A stretch of DNA of 64,000 nucleotides from a virus (IMGVR_UViG_3300014205_000001:64001-128000); one strand, 5' to 3'; positions 40,784 to 54,178 are shown, numbered from the stretch's first letter. Numbers and translations are program-made. The notes: generated from the letters alone by a model not told the origin.

Positions 40784-41461
40784 TTATTTTAAATCATTTA
40801 CATATTTAGTAATTACTTCCAAGTAATTGTGACCGAATCCTTTATTGTTACTATGAATATGATTTAAAAAATCCACGATCGGTTTTACTTCACCACCGTA
40901 TAAAGATTCTTCAAACATGTATAAAATTTCATTAGGGTCGTAAGTTCCTAAAGTATTAACTGCACTTCTAATAACTTGTTCGTTACGTTTTAATGCTTTT
41001 AAAACTGTAGATTTTAAATTTGCATTGGTATCAACTTTCGTAAGTGTACCAACAATGTGACTATTAAGACCTAATTGAAACTTTACATATTCAACAGAAC
41101 ATTTTGCGGATTGTTGATTGGGTCTGTCAAGTTTCACAGGATTTTTATGACAACCTGGGTCGATTCCTGCAATGATAAATGTTTCCATTTTTTTACCTTT
41201 ACCTTTTGCAGTAAATTGTTTTCCTAATAAACCAGGTAAACCGTATTGCGCCATTAATTTTTCTTGTGCTTCAATAACTCCTTTAGGTTTTTCAATTTGT
41301 TGTACTTCAACTTTTACGGAACAGCTTCCTAAAGCTGTATAAGAAATTCCACCACCTTGCATTTTCAAATTATACTTTGTTGCAACACTCTGCACAGCTG
41401 CTTCAATTTCTTTACGTAAAATTTCTAAATCGATTTTGCTACTTAAATTTAAATTTTCCAT
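40784..41461 (-). CDS. Early hypothetical protein, paralog of 60092..60487 with an extra C-terminal domain
   Basis: ILR.E.E.A...V..K.....QG.GISY...G.CS.K..V...EKPK...YGL.G...F...GI...C.K.PV.L.RP....AKCSV.YVK shared. Confidence 0.7.
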   Translation of the reverse strand: MENLNLSSKIDLEILRKEIEAAVQSVATKYNLKMQGGGISYTALGSCSVKVEVQQIEKPKGVIEAQEKLMAQYGLPGLLGKQFTAKGKGKKMETFIIAGIDPGCHKNPVKLDRPNQQSAKCSVEYVKFQLGLNSHIVGTLTKVDTNANLKSTVLKALKRNEQVIRSAVNTLGTYDPNEILYMFEESLYGGEVKPIVDFLNHIHSNNKGFGHNYLEVITKYVNDLK

Positions 41462-41488
41462 TTTGTTTTGTTTTAAGGTTAATATTGA

Positions 41489-41649
41489 TTGACACTACAT
41501 AATTAATCATTTTATTTGACATAATGACCCATATCCCTATATAAAGGCATGTTAAAAGTTGCTATAATAAAGTAACTTATTGGTAATCAATCAGTTAGAA
41601 AATAAACATTTTTTATGACATAAAAAATGTTTAATTATGTAGTTGTCAA
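41489..41649. promoter_or_regulatory. Back-to-back pair of early regulatory modules (copies 1 and 2)
   Basis: Core AAAATGATTAATTATGTAGTGTCAA on - at 41489-41513; palindrome at 41556-41578; AATCAATCAGTTA box; core variant on + at 41625-41649. Confidence 0.8.
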
Positions 41650-41665
41650 TCAATAACTTACTATT

Positions 41666-43204
41666 ATGTTTAAAGAAACAATTTACACCACAGCTATTTT
41701 TAATGAAATCAGGGACGTTGTTCGTCGTCATATTCTCATTAACGCAAAAGCAGGTTCAGGTAAAACAACAACAATTATTCGTTCGTTGGAATTAATACCT
41801 CATAATGAACCAACAATATTTTTAGCTTTTAATAAAGCAATCGCGGATGACATTCGTGCAAAAATTCAACCTTTGAATTTAAATCATGTAGAAGTTGCTA
41901 CTCTGCACAGTTGTGGTTTTCGTCAAATACGTAAACAATACAGTAATGTAACAATCAACAAAAATAAAATATCCAAAATTTTAATGCAAGCCAAATTAAC
42001 TTGGACGGATGTTTTACCTGAAGAAATTGATTCATATTGTAGTAGAGTTGAAAGGTTGGTTGATATGTTTCGTTTTGCAATGCCACAATCAAGGGAACAT
42101 GTTCTTGAACTTTGTGAAAAACATGAAATTGAATTATTCAACGGAGAAATTGAACGCGCAAAAGCAATTTTAATTGCATCCAATTCAAACACAAAGGAAA
42201 TTGATTATATGGATATGATTTATTTCCCTGCACACAAGGACATGCGTATTACTAAATACAAAAACGTATTTGTTGATGAGTGCCAAGATTTAAATGCTGC
42301 ACAACATAAATTATTAGAAAAATTGATCGACCCAAATGGTGGACGATTAATTGCTGTTGGTGACCCAAATCAAAGTATTTATGGATTCGCTGGTGCCGAT
42401 GTTGATTCATTCGACCGTCTTCGTAATTTGTTTCCTAACACTGTGGAATTACCTTTATCCTTTTCTTATCGTTGTCCAATCGCAGTTGTGGAACACGCAC
42501 AACAAATCGTTGCCGATATTTTACCTGCACCTAACGCTAAACAAGGAATTGTTCGTTCAGGTAGTTATAAGGAAATAGTTAGTGGTGATTTTATTCTTTG
42601 TCGTAACACTCGTCCTTTAGTTTCATTATGTATGAAATTTTTATCCGAAAGTAAAAAAGCAACGATTAAAGGTGCTGATATTGGACAACAAATGGTGAAC
42701 ATGATTAAAAATACCAAAACAAAAACCAACGAGGCTTTATTTAATCGTTTTCAACGCGATTTGGATAAATTAATCGAAAAAATGAGAAAAGCATATCCGC
42801 ATAAGGATGCTGAAAAAATGGTGCAGGTTGTAAATCTTCAGGATAAAATCGGTGCTTTAAAAGCTATCGCACAAGAATGTAAAACTACAAATCCTCAGGA
42901 AGTTATTGATACTATTTATAGTATCTTCACTGACAACGTTGAAGGTATTGTACTTTCAACTATGCACAAATCAAAAGGTTTGGAAGCAAAAAATGTTTTC
43001 ATCATTGAACCACAACTTTGTCCTGCACCTTACGCTAAACAACCATGGCAACAAGCCCAGGAACAAAATTTAATGTACGTTGCAAGGACACGTGCTAAGG
43101 AACAATTAATTTATGTTCACGATTGGACAGCGGATGAAACTAAAAAGAAAAACTTAACTGAGAAATTAATATCAATGAATTTACTTAACGAAGAAGCAGC
43201 ATAA
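41666..43204 (+). CDS. Superfamily 1 (UvrD/Rep-like) helicase
   Basis: AKAGSGKTT, LAFNK, VDECQD, VGDPNQSIYGF, SYRC, STMHKSKGLE, YVARTRAK. Confidence 0.95.
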   Translation: MFKETIYTTAIFNEIRDVVRRHILINAKAGSGKTTTIIRSLELIPHNEPTIFLAFNKAIADDIRAKIQPLNLNHVEVATLHSCGFRQIRKQYSNVTINKNKISKILMQAKLTWTDVLPEEIDSYCSRVERLVDMFRFAMPQSREHVLELCEKHEIELFNGEIERAKAILIASNSNTKEIDYMDMIYFPAHKDMRITKYKNVFVDECQDLNAAQHKLLEKLIDPNGGRLIAVGDPNQSIYGFAGADVDSFDRLRNLFPNTVELPLSFSYRCPIAVVEHAQQIVADILPAPNAKQGIVRSGSYKEIVSGDFILCRNTRPLVSLCMKFLSESKKATIKGADIGQQMVNMIKNTKTKTNEALFNRFQRDLDKLIEKMRKAYPHKDAEKMVQVVNLQDKIGALKAIAQECKTTNPQEVIDTIYSIFTDNVEGIVLSTMHKSKGLEAKNVFIIEPQLCPAPYAKQPWQQAQEQNLMYVARTRAKEQLIYVHDWTADETKKKNLTEKLISMNLLNEEAA

Positions 43205-44315
43205 TGAAATACGAAGGAAATAAACAAGATTTAGTAAGCTTTATTGCAGAACGTCTTACAGGTGAATTTTATATTATAAAATTCGAAAATAACAGTTATG
43301 ATTTATCTGGGAAAGGTAAATACATTTATACTTCAATTAAAAAAGCTACAAAGGCAATTGAATATGTAATGTATTGCAATTTTTGTCAAGGTCATTATTG
43401 GCATAAAGGTAAAAAGAATACATTTGAAAAAGAACAAGGTTGGATGAGAAATTCAGGTAAAGTTGACATGTCTAAAAACGAATTTCAACAAATGGCCAAA
43501 GATTTAACCAAACAGCTTTTAAGTGATAAAATATTTACAATTGAAAAAATAAACCTCTAAAACAAAAAATCATGATAGCAATAATCGTAACAATCGTTTG
43601 GACCATAGGTTCAGTATTCTTTTTAGCACTCACATATTTCTTTGATGGTGCCTGGAAAAAAGAAATGAAAATGCCTTTGAAATACATCCTCAAAGTAATC
43701 GGATGGCCTTTTTATGTCCTTTACAGGATATTCAGTAAATGGTTATTCAAATATTTTAGAAACGGTTATTACCGTAAATAAATAAAACATTTGATAGTTA
43801 CAGAGCCCAGATTTATCTGGGCTTTTTTCATTTATAAGTAATTAATCTTATAATTGTAATATCAAATCAAAACAAACATGTTAAAAAGTGAAGTAAAAAC
43901 AAAACTCGCGGCAGTAAAAAAAGCTATCGCTGAAATCGAAAGCAACGAAGATGAAGTAGTCGCTTACGCAACAAGTAATAAACATTTGCCGAGTGTGGGT
44001 TATATCCACGAAATCGTTTCCTATACGGAACTCGCAAAAGCACACAATGAAATCACCAAGAAATCAAACAACGATTTATCTGCTTCAGCGAAAGCATTGG
44101 GATTAACTGATGATGAACAACCTGAAGAAACTGTGAAAATTTTAGGCTTCAAACCTAAAACATGGTTCAGCGACATCAACAAACGTTTAAACGAACTCCG
44201 CACCAAACATAAATTGGAAAAACTTAAAGCAGCCGAAGCGACTTTATCGAAACACTTATCCAGTGACGATAAATTCGAAATGGACACTGACGGCATCGAC
44301 GCTTTATTAGTATAA
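43204..44315 (+). CDS. Three hypothetical genes (43204-43560, 43572-43781 membrane, 43878-44315)
   Basis: Intact ORFs; terminator GAGCCCAG..CTGGGCTTTTTT at about 43803-43828. Confidence 0.55.
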
Positions 44316-44387
44316 ATACTTCGCCTCCATGTTGGCTTCCAAAGGATCGCATTCTGTAAAAGGTTTGCGGTCCTCTTATTTATTTTC

Positions 44388-46912
44388 ATGGCAGTAACTT
44401 CCAAAGCCGATGTAGAGTACTTTAAATTACCTAAAGACTTTGCATCACTTCATAATTTAAAGGATTTAATTCAATATCGGCAAACGACTTTAGAAATTGA
44501 AAAAAATCTTAAACAGTACGAAAAGAATCTCATTAAATATACTGAAACTTATTTTACTTCGTATACAATGAATATTGACGAAGTACTGTTGTATGTTGAA
44601 GATATTGAACAGTATCGTGTATGTTTACACGGTAATGATATTGCTTTATGTACTAAACAAAATTGGAAACACAAAGGTGGCGATGGTAAACCATATACAC
44701 ATAGATATAAAAGTATTGAATGTTTACAAAATGTAATTAAGCTTTACAAAAAATACATCGACAAAAATCATAAATTGTTTTTAGTCGATACAGTCAACAA
44801 AAAAGTCGAAATTTGTTATTGGTTAATACCTCAACCCGAACCTAAAAAAATAACAAAGAAAGAATATTTAGAAAAAAGTGGTTCGTTTTTTGAATATGAA
44901 GGTTATGATGATTCAAAAATAATGTTTAATCAGCGTGAAGCTGATTCTGACGAAGATATACTTGACCCTAGTTATACAGGTTCGTCATTTTATCCTCATG
45001 GTTATACTTATAAAGTAAAATCAATTAAAGGTAAAAATATTTTAGAAGTTACAGCAGATTTTTACAGAGAATATAGCGCATACGAAAGTAAAAGTAATGG
45101 TTTTGGTGGTAGAATGACTACACGTTCAGCACACGGCAAAGACACTCATCATTTTTGTATGGACACCAATAAATATTTAGGTTTTCAATCTAAATTAAGT
45201 AGTTATGGTGAAGAAGATAAATCAAAAGGTATTTATTATGGAAGGGATTAATTTAAAGAAAGAAAAAAGCATAATTTTACCTAAAAGTAAAAAAGCTATC
45301 GTTAAAAAGGGAATTAATGTTGACGAAAAATCCATCCAATTACCTTCTGACTTTGATTCGTTACTTGATATAAGAGATTTTGGTAAAACTTATAAGCAAG
45401 TTATTTCTTTTATTAATAATATTAAAGAGTTTCAAAACGAATATTTAGAAAATATGATAAAATCTAAGGATGAAGTATTACAATTCATCCCTGAAAATCA
45501 TTTAGATAAATACAATGTTTATTTACAAGACAAATTACTTTGTAAATGGAATGATTTAGACATTAAAAATGTACAAAATAATATTGTTGATCAGTTACGA
45601 CAAGAAAGAATCTACTATCGTAGGCACTATGCAATTGAATTAGTAGGATTAATTTCTCAAAATGATAAAATATTTTTAATTGATACTGTAAATAAAAAAA
45701 TACAATTATGTTTATGGTATCGACATAGTCACAGAGAAACAATTCAGGGTTGGATGTATGGTTATTTTTGTAACTTAGAATATTTAAGAGATTGTTATAG
45801 TTTTGATATTTTGCCTGAAGAAGATTTGTTTCGTATCTCAGTAAAATTAAGACGTAATGGTTTAACAAGTGCTTCAGATATTGATGCATATAGAAAACAA
45901 GTGCCATATTTTGAATCTGACCGTCTATATGGAATAGGAAGTAATGGTGGAAATGAAGTTTACGATTTTTGTATGAAAACAAATACATTTAAAGGATATA
46001 ATGAAAAAGAAAGTCAATACAGTTGGAGCAGCAGCTACAGAACGTTTAAATACTAGTGAAGTAAAATTCATTTCAATTCCCACAGATTTTCATTCACTTC
46101 ACGATTTGAAAGAACTGATAGGTAATTATGATTTAGTGACTCGTCTTACTGCAGCATTAAATAATTACAATGCTCATTATTTAGATTCGTATTTAATGAA
46201 TATGGATGAAGTTTTGCAATATATTCCTGAATCTGAATGGCCCTTGTATACAATTCATGTGCGAGGCAGTATATCTAATGTTTGTAAAAGCCAAGACTTT
46301 ACTTTGCAATATTTAGAAAAAATACAAAAAACAAAGAAACTAGAATACGATTTTGAAAGGGAAACTTTAAAAGAACTCAATCTTTGTATAAAAATGAATT
46401 ATACAAGATTTAAAATAATCCCTCATCAGAAAGATATTGATCATCATAATAAATATTGGTTGAAAGAAAAAGGTCCTTTTCAACCTAGTTATTTTTATCA
46501 ATTTCCTATTGATCAATCATTACTTAGATTTTTCAATTGTAAATACGAAAAAAGGGATAAAACAGAAAAAATAATGTTAATTGATACTATCAACAAAATT
46601 GTTGAAGTGTGTCCATGGGCAGCTAAGAAAAAATTTGAAACAGATACATTCACCAAACAAGAATTTACTTTAGATAAAGATAAAAATTTAACACTGAAAC
46701 AACATTATACAGTTGATGATCATTATACTATTGGTGGTGTTTGGATTAATGGTAGAGCTAACGGATATTTAAGTGGAGGACAATCCTTTCCATATACAAG
46801 AAACGGATATGAAATGTATAAATTTTGTACACGCACTAATAAATTTTTAGGATATGAATTTGGTGCAGAAGATAAACGTAAAGAATGGCAAGCTTATAAA
46901 AATGCATGGTAA
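44388..46912 (+). CDS. Tandem triplet of divergent paralogs (44388-45251, 45238-46056, 46001-46912)
   Basis: Shared blocks P.DF.SL, DEVL.Y/F, K..L.DT.NK....C.W and FC..TN...G. Confidence 0.75.
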
Positions 46913-46915
46913 AAT

Positions 46916-49900
46916 ATGAATTATACAAGACACATAGTAGCTGACATGGACGAATCAATGATACAATGTTGTATTATTTGTGGCAAAGTGATAAACGATT
47001 ATCGTAACGTGATGGTCAGTCCACCTACAACAAAACTTGAAGGTTATGCAGCTGGTGAAATTTATCAGTCAGGTTATAATCCAGAACACACAACAACTAT
47101 TCCACCCAAAAACGTAACAATCAATCATTGTAAATGAGTAAGAATAATTTAAGAAATATCGTTATTGATGATTTACAATTCAAATGGATTGTAGATGTTA
47201 AGGACAACGGTACATATTTACGTGTATTTATACAACCTAGTAAAGAATGTATCATCAATAAGCAAATATTAAATGAAAAACTGCCTATCACACCTAGTTT
47301 AGTTAAGAATGAAATCATGTCGAATTTGTACGGGTGTGAAGGTGGTAATCATGACATTGTTCCTATGTTAGGTTACGAAAATTCTTTCATTGGTGAAGAA
47401 TGTCGCCAATGTGGTGCAAAATTTAATAACAGAGGTGAAAGGATTAATTAAAATATTTATACTTCTTTGTTTTACATGTCAAGGTCAACAAGATTCGATT
47501 CGTCGACCTATCACGTTAAACTTACAACTTGTACAAGAATATGAAGATACTAAACAATGTGGTTTTGTTTTATCAGGTGTAGGTTTTTTATTTACAGGTT
47601 ATGGAGTTTATAGTAAACAATTCATCCCAATTACTTTCGGTTCAATTATCTGCGGCTCAGGTATTTTTATATTCACTTACAATCACAACAAATTTAAAAA
47701 ATATTTACAATGGATAAAAAAGAATTAGAAACAGAATTAGAAGTAATTCAAAAAGCTTTGGACAAATATTCTGATGTCGAAAAGCAAATAAATGAATTGA
47801 AGAAAAAGAAAGCAGCTATCAAAAAAGAACTCAATAAATTAACTGAAAAGGATTTAACCTTTGAACAGAAATTCATCAAATTTCTAAATAAAAAAGGTGG
47901 AGTTGAAGAAGATTACGTACCAGGTGATCATAATGGTTTACCTAAGTTTGGTAAATTAATGACTGCTATTGATTCTGATTTTCATCGTCATGAAACAATA
48001 CATATTAAAAACGATAATCCTTTTTGTGATGTGTGGGACATTGTTACATACAACAATGAAATGACAGTTGAAAGTTTTAACGGTCAATATTATGCTAAAG
48101 TAACAAAAGAATTAGTAATGGAAGCAGCTGAAGAAGTTATGAATCACAATCTGAAATCTTTTAGATACGACTGGTAATTAAAAATAAAAAGCATATAATT
48201 GTATCATGGCCGTTAAACCTATAAGTCCCAAAGAAATCATTGTCGATTTAGACAAAATTATACCTGAAGCAGTTATTCAGGCAGTGAATAATTTGCTGAA
48301 GGAGAAATATCGTGGAGGTACTGTAACGTTACAACAAAAAGAAATCACAGCTGCAATCCGTAAAATCGATAAAAAATTGACTAATGAAATTTTGTTTGAT
48401 AAACATTATATGGATTTTGAACCTATTTTTAATAAAGCAGGTTGGAAAGTAACTTATGACAAACCAGGTTGGGACGAAGATTACGAACCACATTACGATT
48501 TTAAACCTATCAAATAATGAAAAAACGTAGCAAAATATCTTTCTTACCTATTAATATGTTTTGGTGTATCAATGATTTTTGTACAGCATTTTTTGTATGT
48601 TCTTTTTTCTTTACTAATACACAATCACTTATCATTGGAATATTGCACTATCTAAATAATATTAGAAATCAAGTTGATTTAGATTATTTAAAAGACAAAA
48701 ACGATTTAAAATAATGGATAAAAAATTATTTGATAGAATTTCTGATACAGAAATTTATAAGTTCTTAAATGAACATAAAAACAAAACAGGTTGGGAATTT
48801 CGTTTAGAACTTTTAAATCGTTCGAAAGAAGATATTCACGACATATTAGATTTTAAATATCAGGATATGATTCATGAATGGCGTCAAGCATTATTTACTG
48901 CGCAGGACGAGGTAAAACAATTGAAAAATAAGATTATTAAACTCGAATCGCAACCTGGTCATGAAACTGATTGGGAAGCATCTCATTAGTTTTCATACTT
49001 AATTTATTAAGCATATAATTGTTGTATAACATAAACTATACAACAACATGGAAATCACACTTAACAAAAACGGCTTTCACCGTAAACTCCAAACATTCTG
49101 TTTTGGAAAGAACTGCCCACTGTATCAATCTTTTTGTCCCTATTTTTGGTTGACAATTTTCAGTGGAATTATCACATTCATTATTCCTATTGTTCCATTG
49201 ATTTATGTAATTAAATACATATTAATGGGTTTAATGTGGTGCATGGAAGGTTTAGGAAATGCATTCGAAAAACATATCTGTGAACCTTTGATGAAAAGCA
49301 AAGCTTTGAACATGGATAAAGACGAACTTTTAATGTCGTGGTTTTCCAATAGCAATTGGGACGATTATAATTTTTGGTACTACGAATATTTTGATCGTAA
49401 AAAATTAAATAAAAACAGTGAAGTTCGTTCTAAGAAATTCGAAATATGGAAAGCCAATAATCCTAATTGGGAAACACTTTTACAGGACTATAAAGAAAAA
49501 CGTCGTTTATTTCATATCGAACAAGAAGCAGAAAAGGAACGTTTACGTAATCAAATCGAAGAAGAACGAATCATTGAAGAAAAACGAAATGCTCGTAAAA
49601 AACAATTACGTCAACAAGCATTCACTTCAATTGTTAAATATACAAAATGGTTAGCATTTGTAATCGCAGCAGCAGTTGTTTGTTTAATCGGGTACGGTGC
49701 TTATAACTTATATTTATACATTGCAGATCATTTCTATTTGGATAAATTAATTGCAGGATTAAAATTCGCCGGTGTATTAATTTCAATAATTGGTGTTGCT
49801 GCGCTAATAATTTACATCCTCGCAAAAATGTTTAAATCTGTCACCTGTAAAGCTGCTTGCTTTTTATGTGGTCGTGAATGGAAATGGTTAAAGACACTTG

Positions 49901-50010
49901 GAACATATATCGGTAAATTCTTTATTGGTTTAGGTAACATCATTTCGTTTTTATGGAATGGAATTATTATGTTCAAAAAGGAATACTGCCCAGGAATTAA
50001 CTGGAAATAA
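46916..50010 (+). CDS. Run of small hypothetical genes plus a 320-aa multi-pass membrane protein (49048-50010)
   Basis: Co-oriented coupled ORFs; 49048 has several hydrophobic helices flanking a charged coil. Confidence 0.55.
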
Positions 50011-50068
50011 TTTACTTACTACGAAAGGAGCTGTTTAACAGCTCCTTTTTTATTTGCAATAAGAATAT

Positions 50069-50599
50069 ATGAAAGAATTTTCTAACCTTAAAAAGGAAAT
50101 AGAATTTGAAAAGTATGTGAGTACTGAACTTGATCTTACTCGTCATACAAATCATCATCGCAAAAACTTCATTAGTTGTGGTAGTGCTGCACTGGGTTTA
50201 TTGCTAAATAAAAATCCTTTGTTATTGGATAAAGTATGTAAGGATGCACATAAAGGTTGGTACACAACTCAAGTAATTCAATATTTGAAATCCCAAAATT
50301 GTAAAGTAATACAATTATCTAAAGATGATGTGCTACCTAAATTTAATCATTTATATAATCCTATCACTTCGGATCATGTGCTATTAATTAATAGTCGTGT
50401 AAATAAAAACGAAAACTCAATGTTCGTAATTCATAATAATGTTATTTGGCACAATTACAATTCAGAACAAATACCTCCATTATTTTTTATCAACAAACCT
50501 ACACAGGATGTTTTATTAGTTCATCATCCAAAATGGAAATTAAGAACTTCACGTCCACAAAAACTATTATACGTAAACGCGTACAGTACTGCTTCATAG
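50069..50599 (+). CDS. Possible papain-fold (C39-like) cysteine peptidase
   Basis: SCGSAALGLLL N-terminal motif; the catalytic His is not clearly placed. Confidence 0.35.
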   Translation: MKEFSNLKKEIEFEKYVSTELDLTRHTNHHRKNFISCGSAALGLLLNKNPLLLDKVCKDAHKGWYTTQVIQYLKSQNCKVIQLSKDDVLPKFNHLYNPITSDHVLLINSRVNKNENSMFVIHNNVIWHNYNSEQIPPLFFINKPTQDVLLVHHPKWKLRTSRPQKLLYVNAYSTAS

Positions 50600-50652
50600 T
50601 ATATATAAGCACGAATAAAACTATGATTTAATCCCAGGCTCGTAGGTGATTG

Positions 50653-50745
50653 TAAGTTTAATTCGTTGATAGTCAACAAGTTAGAGTTTTTTATAGTAAA
50701 TAAATTTTTTAGTTACATTAAAAATGATTAATTATGTAGTGTCAA
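50653..50745 (+). promoter_or_regulatory. Early regulatory module copy 3
   Basis: TAATTCGTTGATAGTCAACAAGTTA double box, degenerate palindrome, exact core at 50721-50745. Confidence 0.8.
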
Positions 50746-50772
50746 CCAATACAAACTTAAAACTTATAAATC

Positions 50773-52979
50773 ATGGCAAAAGGAAACTCACAAAAAAAAT
50801 CTACAGAAGCTGCACCGGAAATGGATGCAATGCAAGCGTTAATGTCAATTTCGCAAGTAACTGACACCAAAGCTGGAAAAAAGGACGAACACAAAACCAT
50901 TCAGGTACGTTCCGAAGAAGTTACAAAAGCAATTAACGATTATTCACAGGCACAAAAGGACATCGCCGATGCTGAACAACGTAAAGCTGCTGCGGAAGAA
51001 ATCATTAAGCCTTACGGTTTAAAAGCATTTATCGCGGATGTGAAAAATGGTTTTAAAGCTGACCGTAGTTTTATCCTTGCAAATTCATTGAAAGGTTTAA
51101 TGTATATCATCATGGATGGTTACAAAAAAGCTGGCCTGGATAAAGATCGTATCGCTTATTTACGTGGTAAATACGGTAAGGATATTATTACATCCGAAAC
51201 CGAATTTACTTTAAATAAGGAATTGGTTACTCAAAAAAATGCAAAAAATGTTGCATACGGTACATTAATCGCACAATTCATTATGTCACATCCCGACATT
51301 CCTGCGGAAGTTAAAGTAAAACTATTGGTTGCAAAAACCAGCAATGTAATTGCCAAAGGAACAATCGACAATCTGTTGAAAATTTCCGCCGACAATAAAG
51401 TATCAGTTGAGGACATCATCGCTGACATCGAACCGACCCAACAATTAAAGGGTCAAGGTACCAAATAATTTAAGGATTGAACAATTAGGGGACAGTTTCA
51501 ACGCTGTCCCCTTTACCAGTTGGGAATCGTCAAACAATTTAAAATCCTTAAATCATGTTACATTCAAAAAGAAAAATATTAGGTTTATATATTCTACCAG
51601 TTTACAGCAGCATTGCTTTAGTAAACCAAACTACTAAAAAACCGGAACAATTATTTAAATCCTGGGCTGACACAGCAAAATATCTTCGTCAACTTACTGG
51701 TGACGACGATGCTGAAGTTCAAAACCTCAATATAAAATATTCATTGGATGAAGTAACAGGTTTACGTCGACTGTGGTTGATGTTTACACTGGGTTTTACA
51801 AAACCTTTAGTTAAATTACATAATAACCTTTTATTCCTTTAATCATGTTACAATTCGAACGAATACTCCGCAAATATTTTGGTGCAACAAACCGTGAAGG
51901 TTTAGGATTTTTGGAAACGGAAATTAAAGGTGCAGCTGAAGAAATGGAACAACTTTCACAAGGTTATCAACAAGTCATTACATTAACTGACTCGGATGTT
52001 AATCCTAAATATGTTTTGGTGAAGGACATGGCAATCGAGGACAATGAAGTATCGTTGCAAATGTTAACTGCACAACACTTTATTATACCACGAAAAGAAT
52101 TTCACAGAGTTGATACAGTAATTTATCAAGGTAAATTCGGTCAGCATATTTTAAAACATCGCCCACGTGTAAAACTTGTGAATAAAACAACAGTTGTAAA
52201 TGTTGATCACGTTGAAGAAGCAAATGTGATTGAGGACTTAAAACAAATCAGTAAAAACAACGACTAATGAAAACAAAAATTGAAAATATCCAAAATAAAT
52301 TTGTAATCCTTGTTGAAAAAACTGATAAGGTTGTAGGTAAAAACAAATTCGATGTAATATATGCCATTGACGACGAAGATGTGTTATGGATTCACCAAAA
52401 ACGTGGAGGCAGCAGAGGAACAAGGTTTGCATGTATCAGTGAAAAAACTTTTTTTCATACTCAAGAACATGCACAAAAGGGAATTGACTATTTAAAAACA
52501 TGTCATTTCAGTTTTAACGATCGTCTTTCAATTTTTCCTGTTCATGAATTAAAATATTTATGTACGAATACATACGATATTTTAATGGAGGATGTAAACA
52601 GCAACAACGAGGACGTAAATTACGAAACAAACCGTGACGAAGAAGCCGAACGTCAAGAAAAATTACGTGCAGCATTACTGATGAAAAAATTCCGCGAAGG
52701 TGAAATATTAGATTTTGAAAGTGATCACGAGGACGGTGTGTATATAGTAACAATTAAAATTAAAAAGGATTAATTATGGCGCAAAAAACAGGAACACTTA
52801 CTTTGCAATTAAGTAATGACGACATTAAAGGTGGTGATTGGTTTATTGGTACAGTCGACGGTGTGCATGGAATTTATCAAGCACCTAACGACGAAGAAGG
52901 TAAGGCAGCAACTTTATTTGATGCTGTAAAAATTACAACTGACCTTTCAAAAGTCGAACGCTTAAAACTTATTAAGTAA
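50773..52979 (+). CDS. Early hypothetical genes (50773-51468, 51555-51842, 51845-52267, 52267-52773, 52776-52979)
   Basis: Co-oriented ORFs downstream of module 3. Confidence 0.55.
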
Positions 52980-53623
52980 TGGATTATAAAAACTACCGGT
53001 ATATTTACCCACCTCGTGCCGAATACCCTGTGCATCCCGACACTTTATCATCGGATCGTTATAAAGGTTATTGTGCGCAACCTAAATTAAATGGTGACTG
53101 CACGTTAATCTTCACCAACGGTACTGAAACGATTGTGATGGACAGGAATAACAAACAGTTCAAAAAAGTTATTCCGATGTTAAACACATTAAAGTCAATT
53201 CATTCAGGTACTACATGGATGGTGTTGGTAGGTGAACACATGGTGAAAAGTAAAAAGAATATTCAAGGCGATATTTGGAATAATAAATTCGTAATCTTCG
53301 ACATTCTGGTGCATGAAAATGTGCATTTGTTAGGACGAACTTTTCAACAGCGTATTGAATTGTTGGACAGATTATTTGGAACCATGCGTGCAATTAATGA
53401 TCCGTTTTTATATGCTACACCCATTCCAGAAGTATATCGTGTTCGTACCTTTTATGACTATAAGGAATTTACTTTATTGTTTAAGGATTTAATTAAAACA
53501 GATATGTACGAAGGTATTGTATTGAAAAAATTAAATTCCCCGTTACAAAACGGTACATCATCCACAAATAATCATCTCAGTCAAGTTAAAACTCGTAAAC
53601 CTACAAAAAATTATAATTTTTAA
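52979..53623 (+). CDS. ATP-dependent DNA ligase, adenylation domain only
   Basis: QPKLNGD (motif I, Lys intact), LVGEH, FVIFDIL, YEGIVLK, QVK; no OB-fold domain. Confidence 0.8.
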   Translation: MDYKNYRYIYPPRAEYPVHPDTLSSDRYKGYCAQPKLNGDCTLIFTNGTETIVMDRNNKQFKKVIPMLNTLKSIHSGTTWMVLVGEHMVKSKKNIQGDIWNNKFVIFDILVHENVHLLGRTFQQRIELLDRLFGTMRAINDPFLYATPIPEVYRVRTFYDYKEFTLLFKDLIKTDMYEGIVLKKLNSPLQNGTSSTNNHLSQVKTRKPTKNYNF

Positions 53624-54178
53624 TGACTGAAATCAATGCATATTTGGTTGAATCGAAAACTAATTCTCTTATTGTTGTTGCACGGAACAGCGCAACAGCT
53701 GAAAAAGTTTTTCGTAAAATTATACGGACCAAAAATGCAATATACAGTAAATATCAAACTTACAGCAGAACAGTAACATGTATTACACAAATAGGAATTT
53801 TTAAAACTAAATAATATGTCGTTCGTTGCAATTATAAAACACAACAGTACAGGTAATCCAACATTAAAAGTAAAAGATACTTACGAAGAATGTGTTGATG
53901 TTGTACACAAACACTTTTTAAGTTATGATTTTATTATTAAGGAAGGAAAACCTTACGACCCTGGTCATGCTCCGGGTCAACGTGCCTTCACATGTTTCAG
54001 TGATATAATAATGCATAATAATAAAGTTGCACAATTTACACATTGCGACGGTGATGGACCTGTAGGTGAAATCACAACATCCCAATAAAAATATTCCATT
54101 CCTTAATCTGTTTTAAGTGAATTGTTTGACGCACCACTGACTCCCCCTTAGGAGTCCTTTGGTGTGTAATTTTCATAC

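Noticed and set aside
44388-46912. Diversity-generating retroelement targets
   Set aside because: No near-identical template/variable repeat pair differing at adenines, and no reverse transcriptase in the window.
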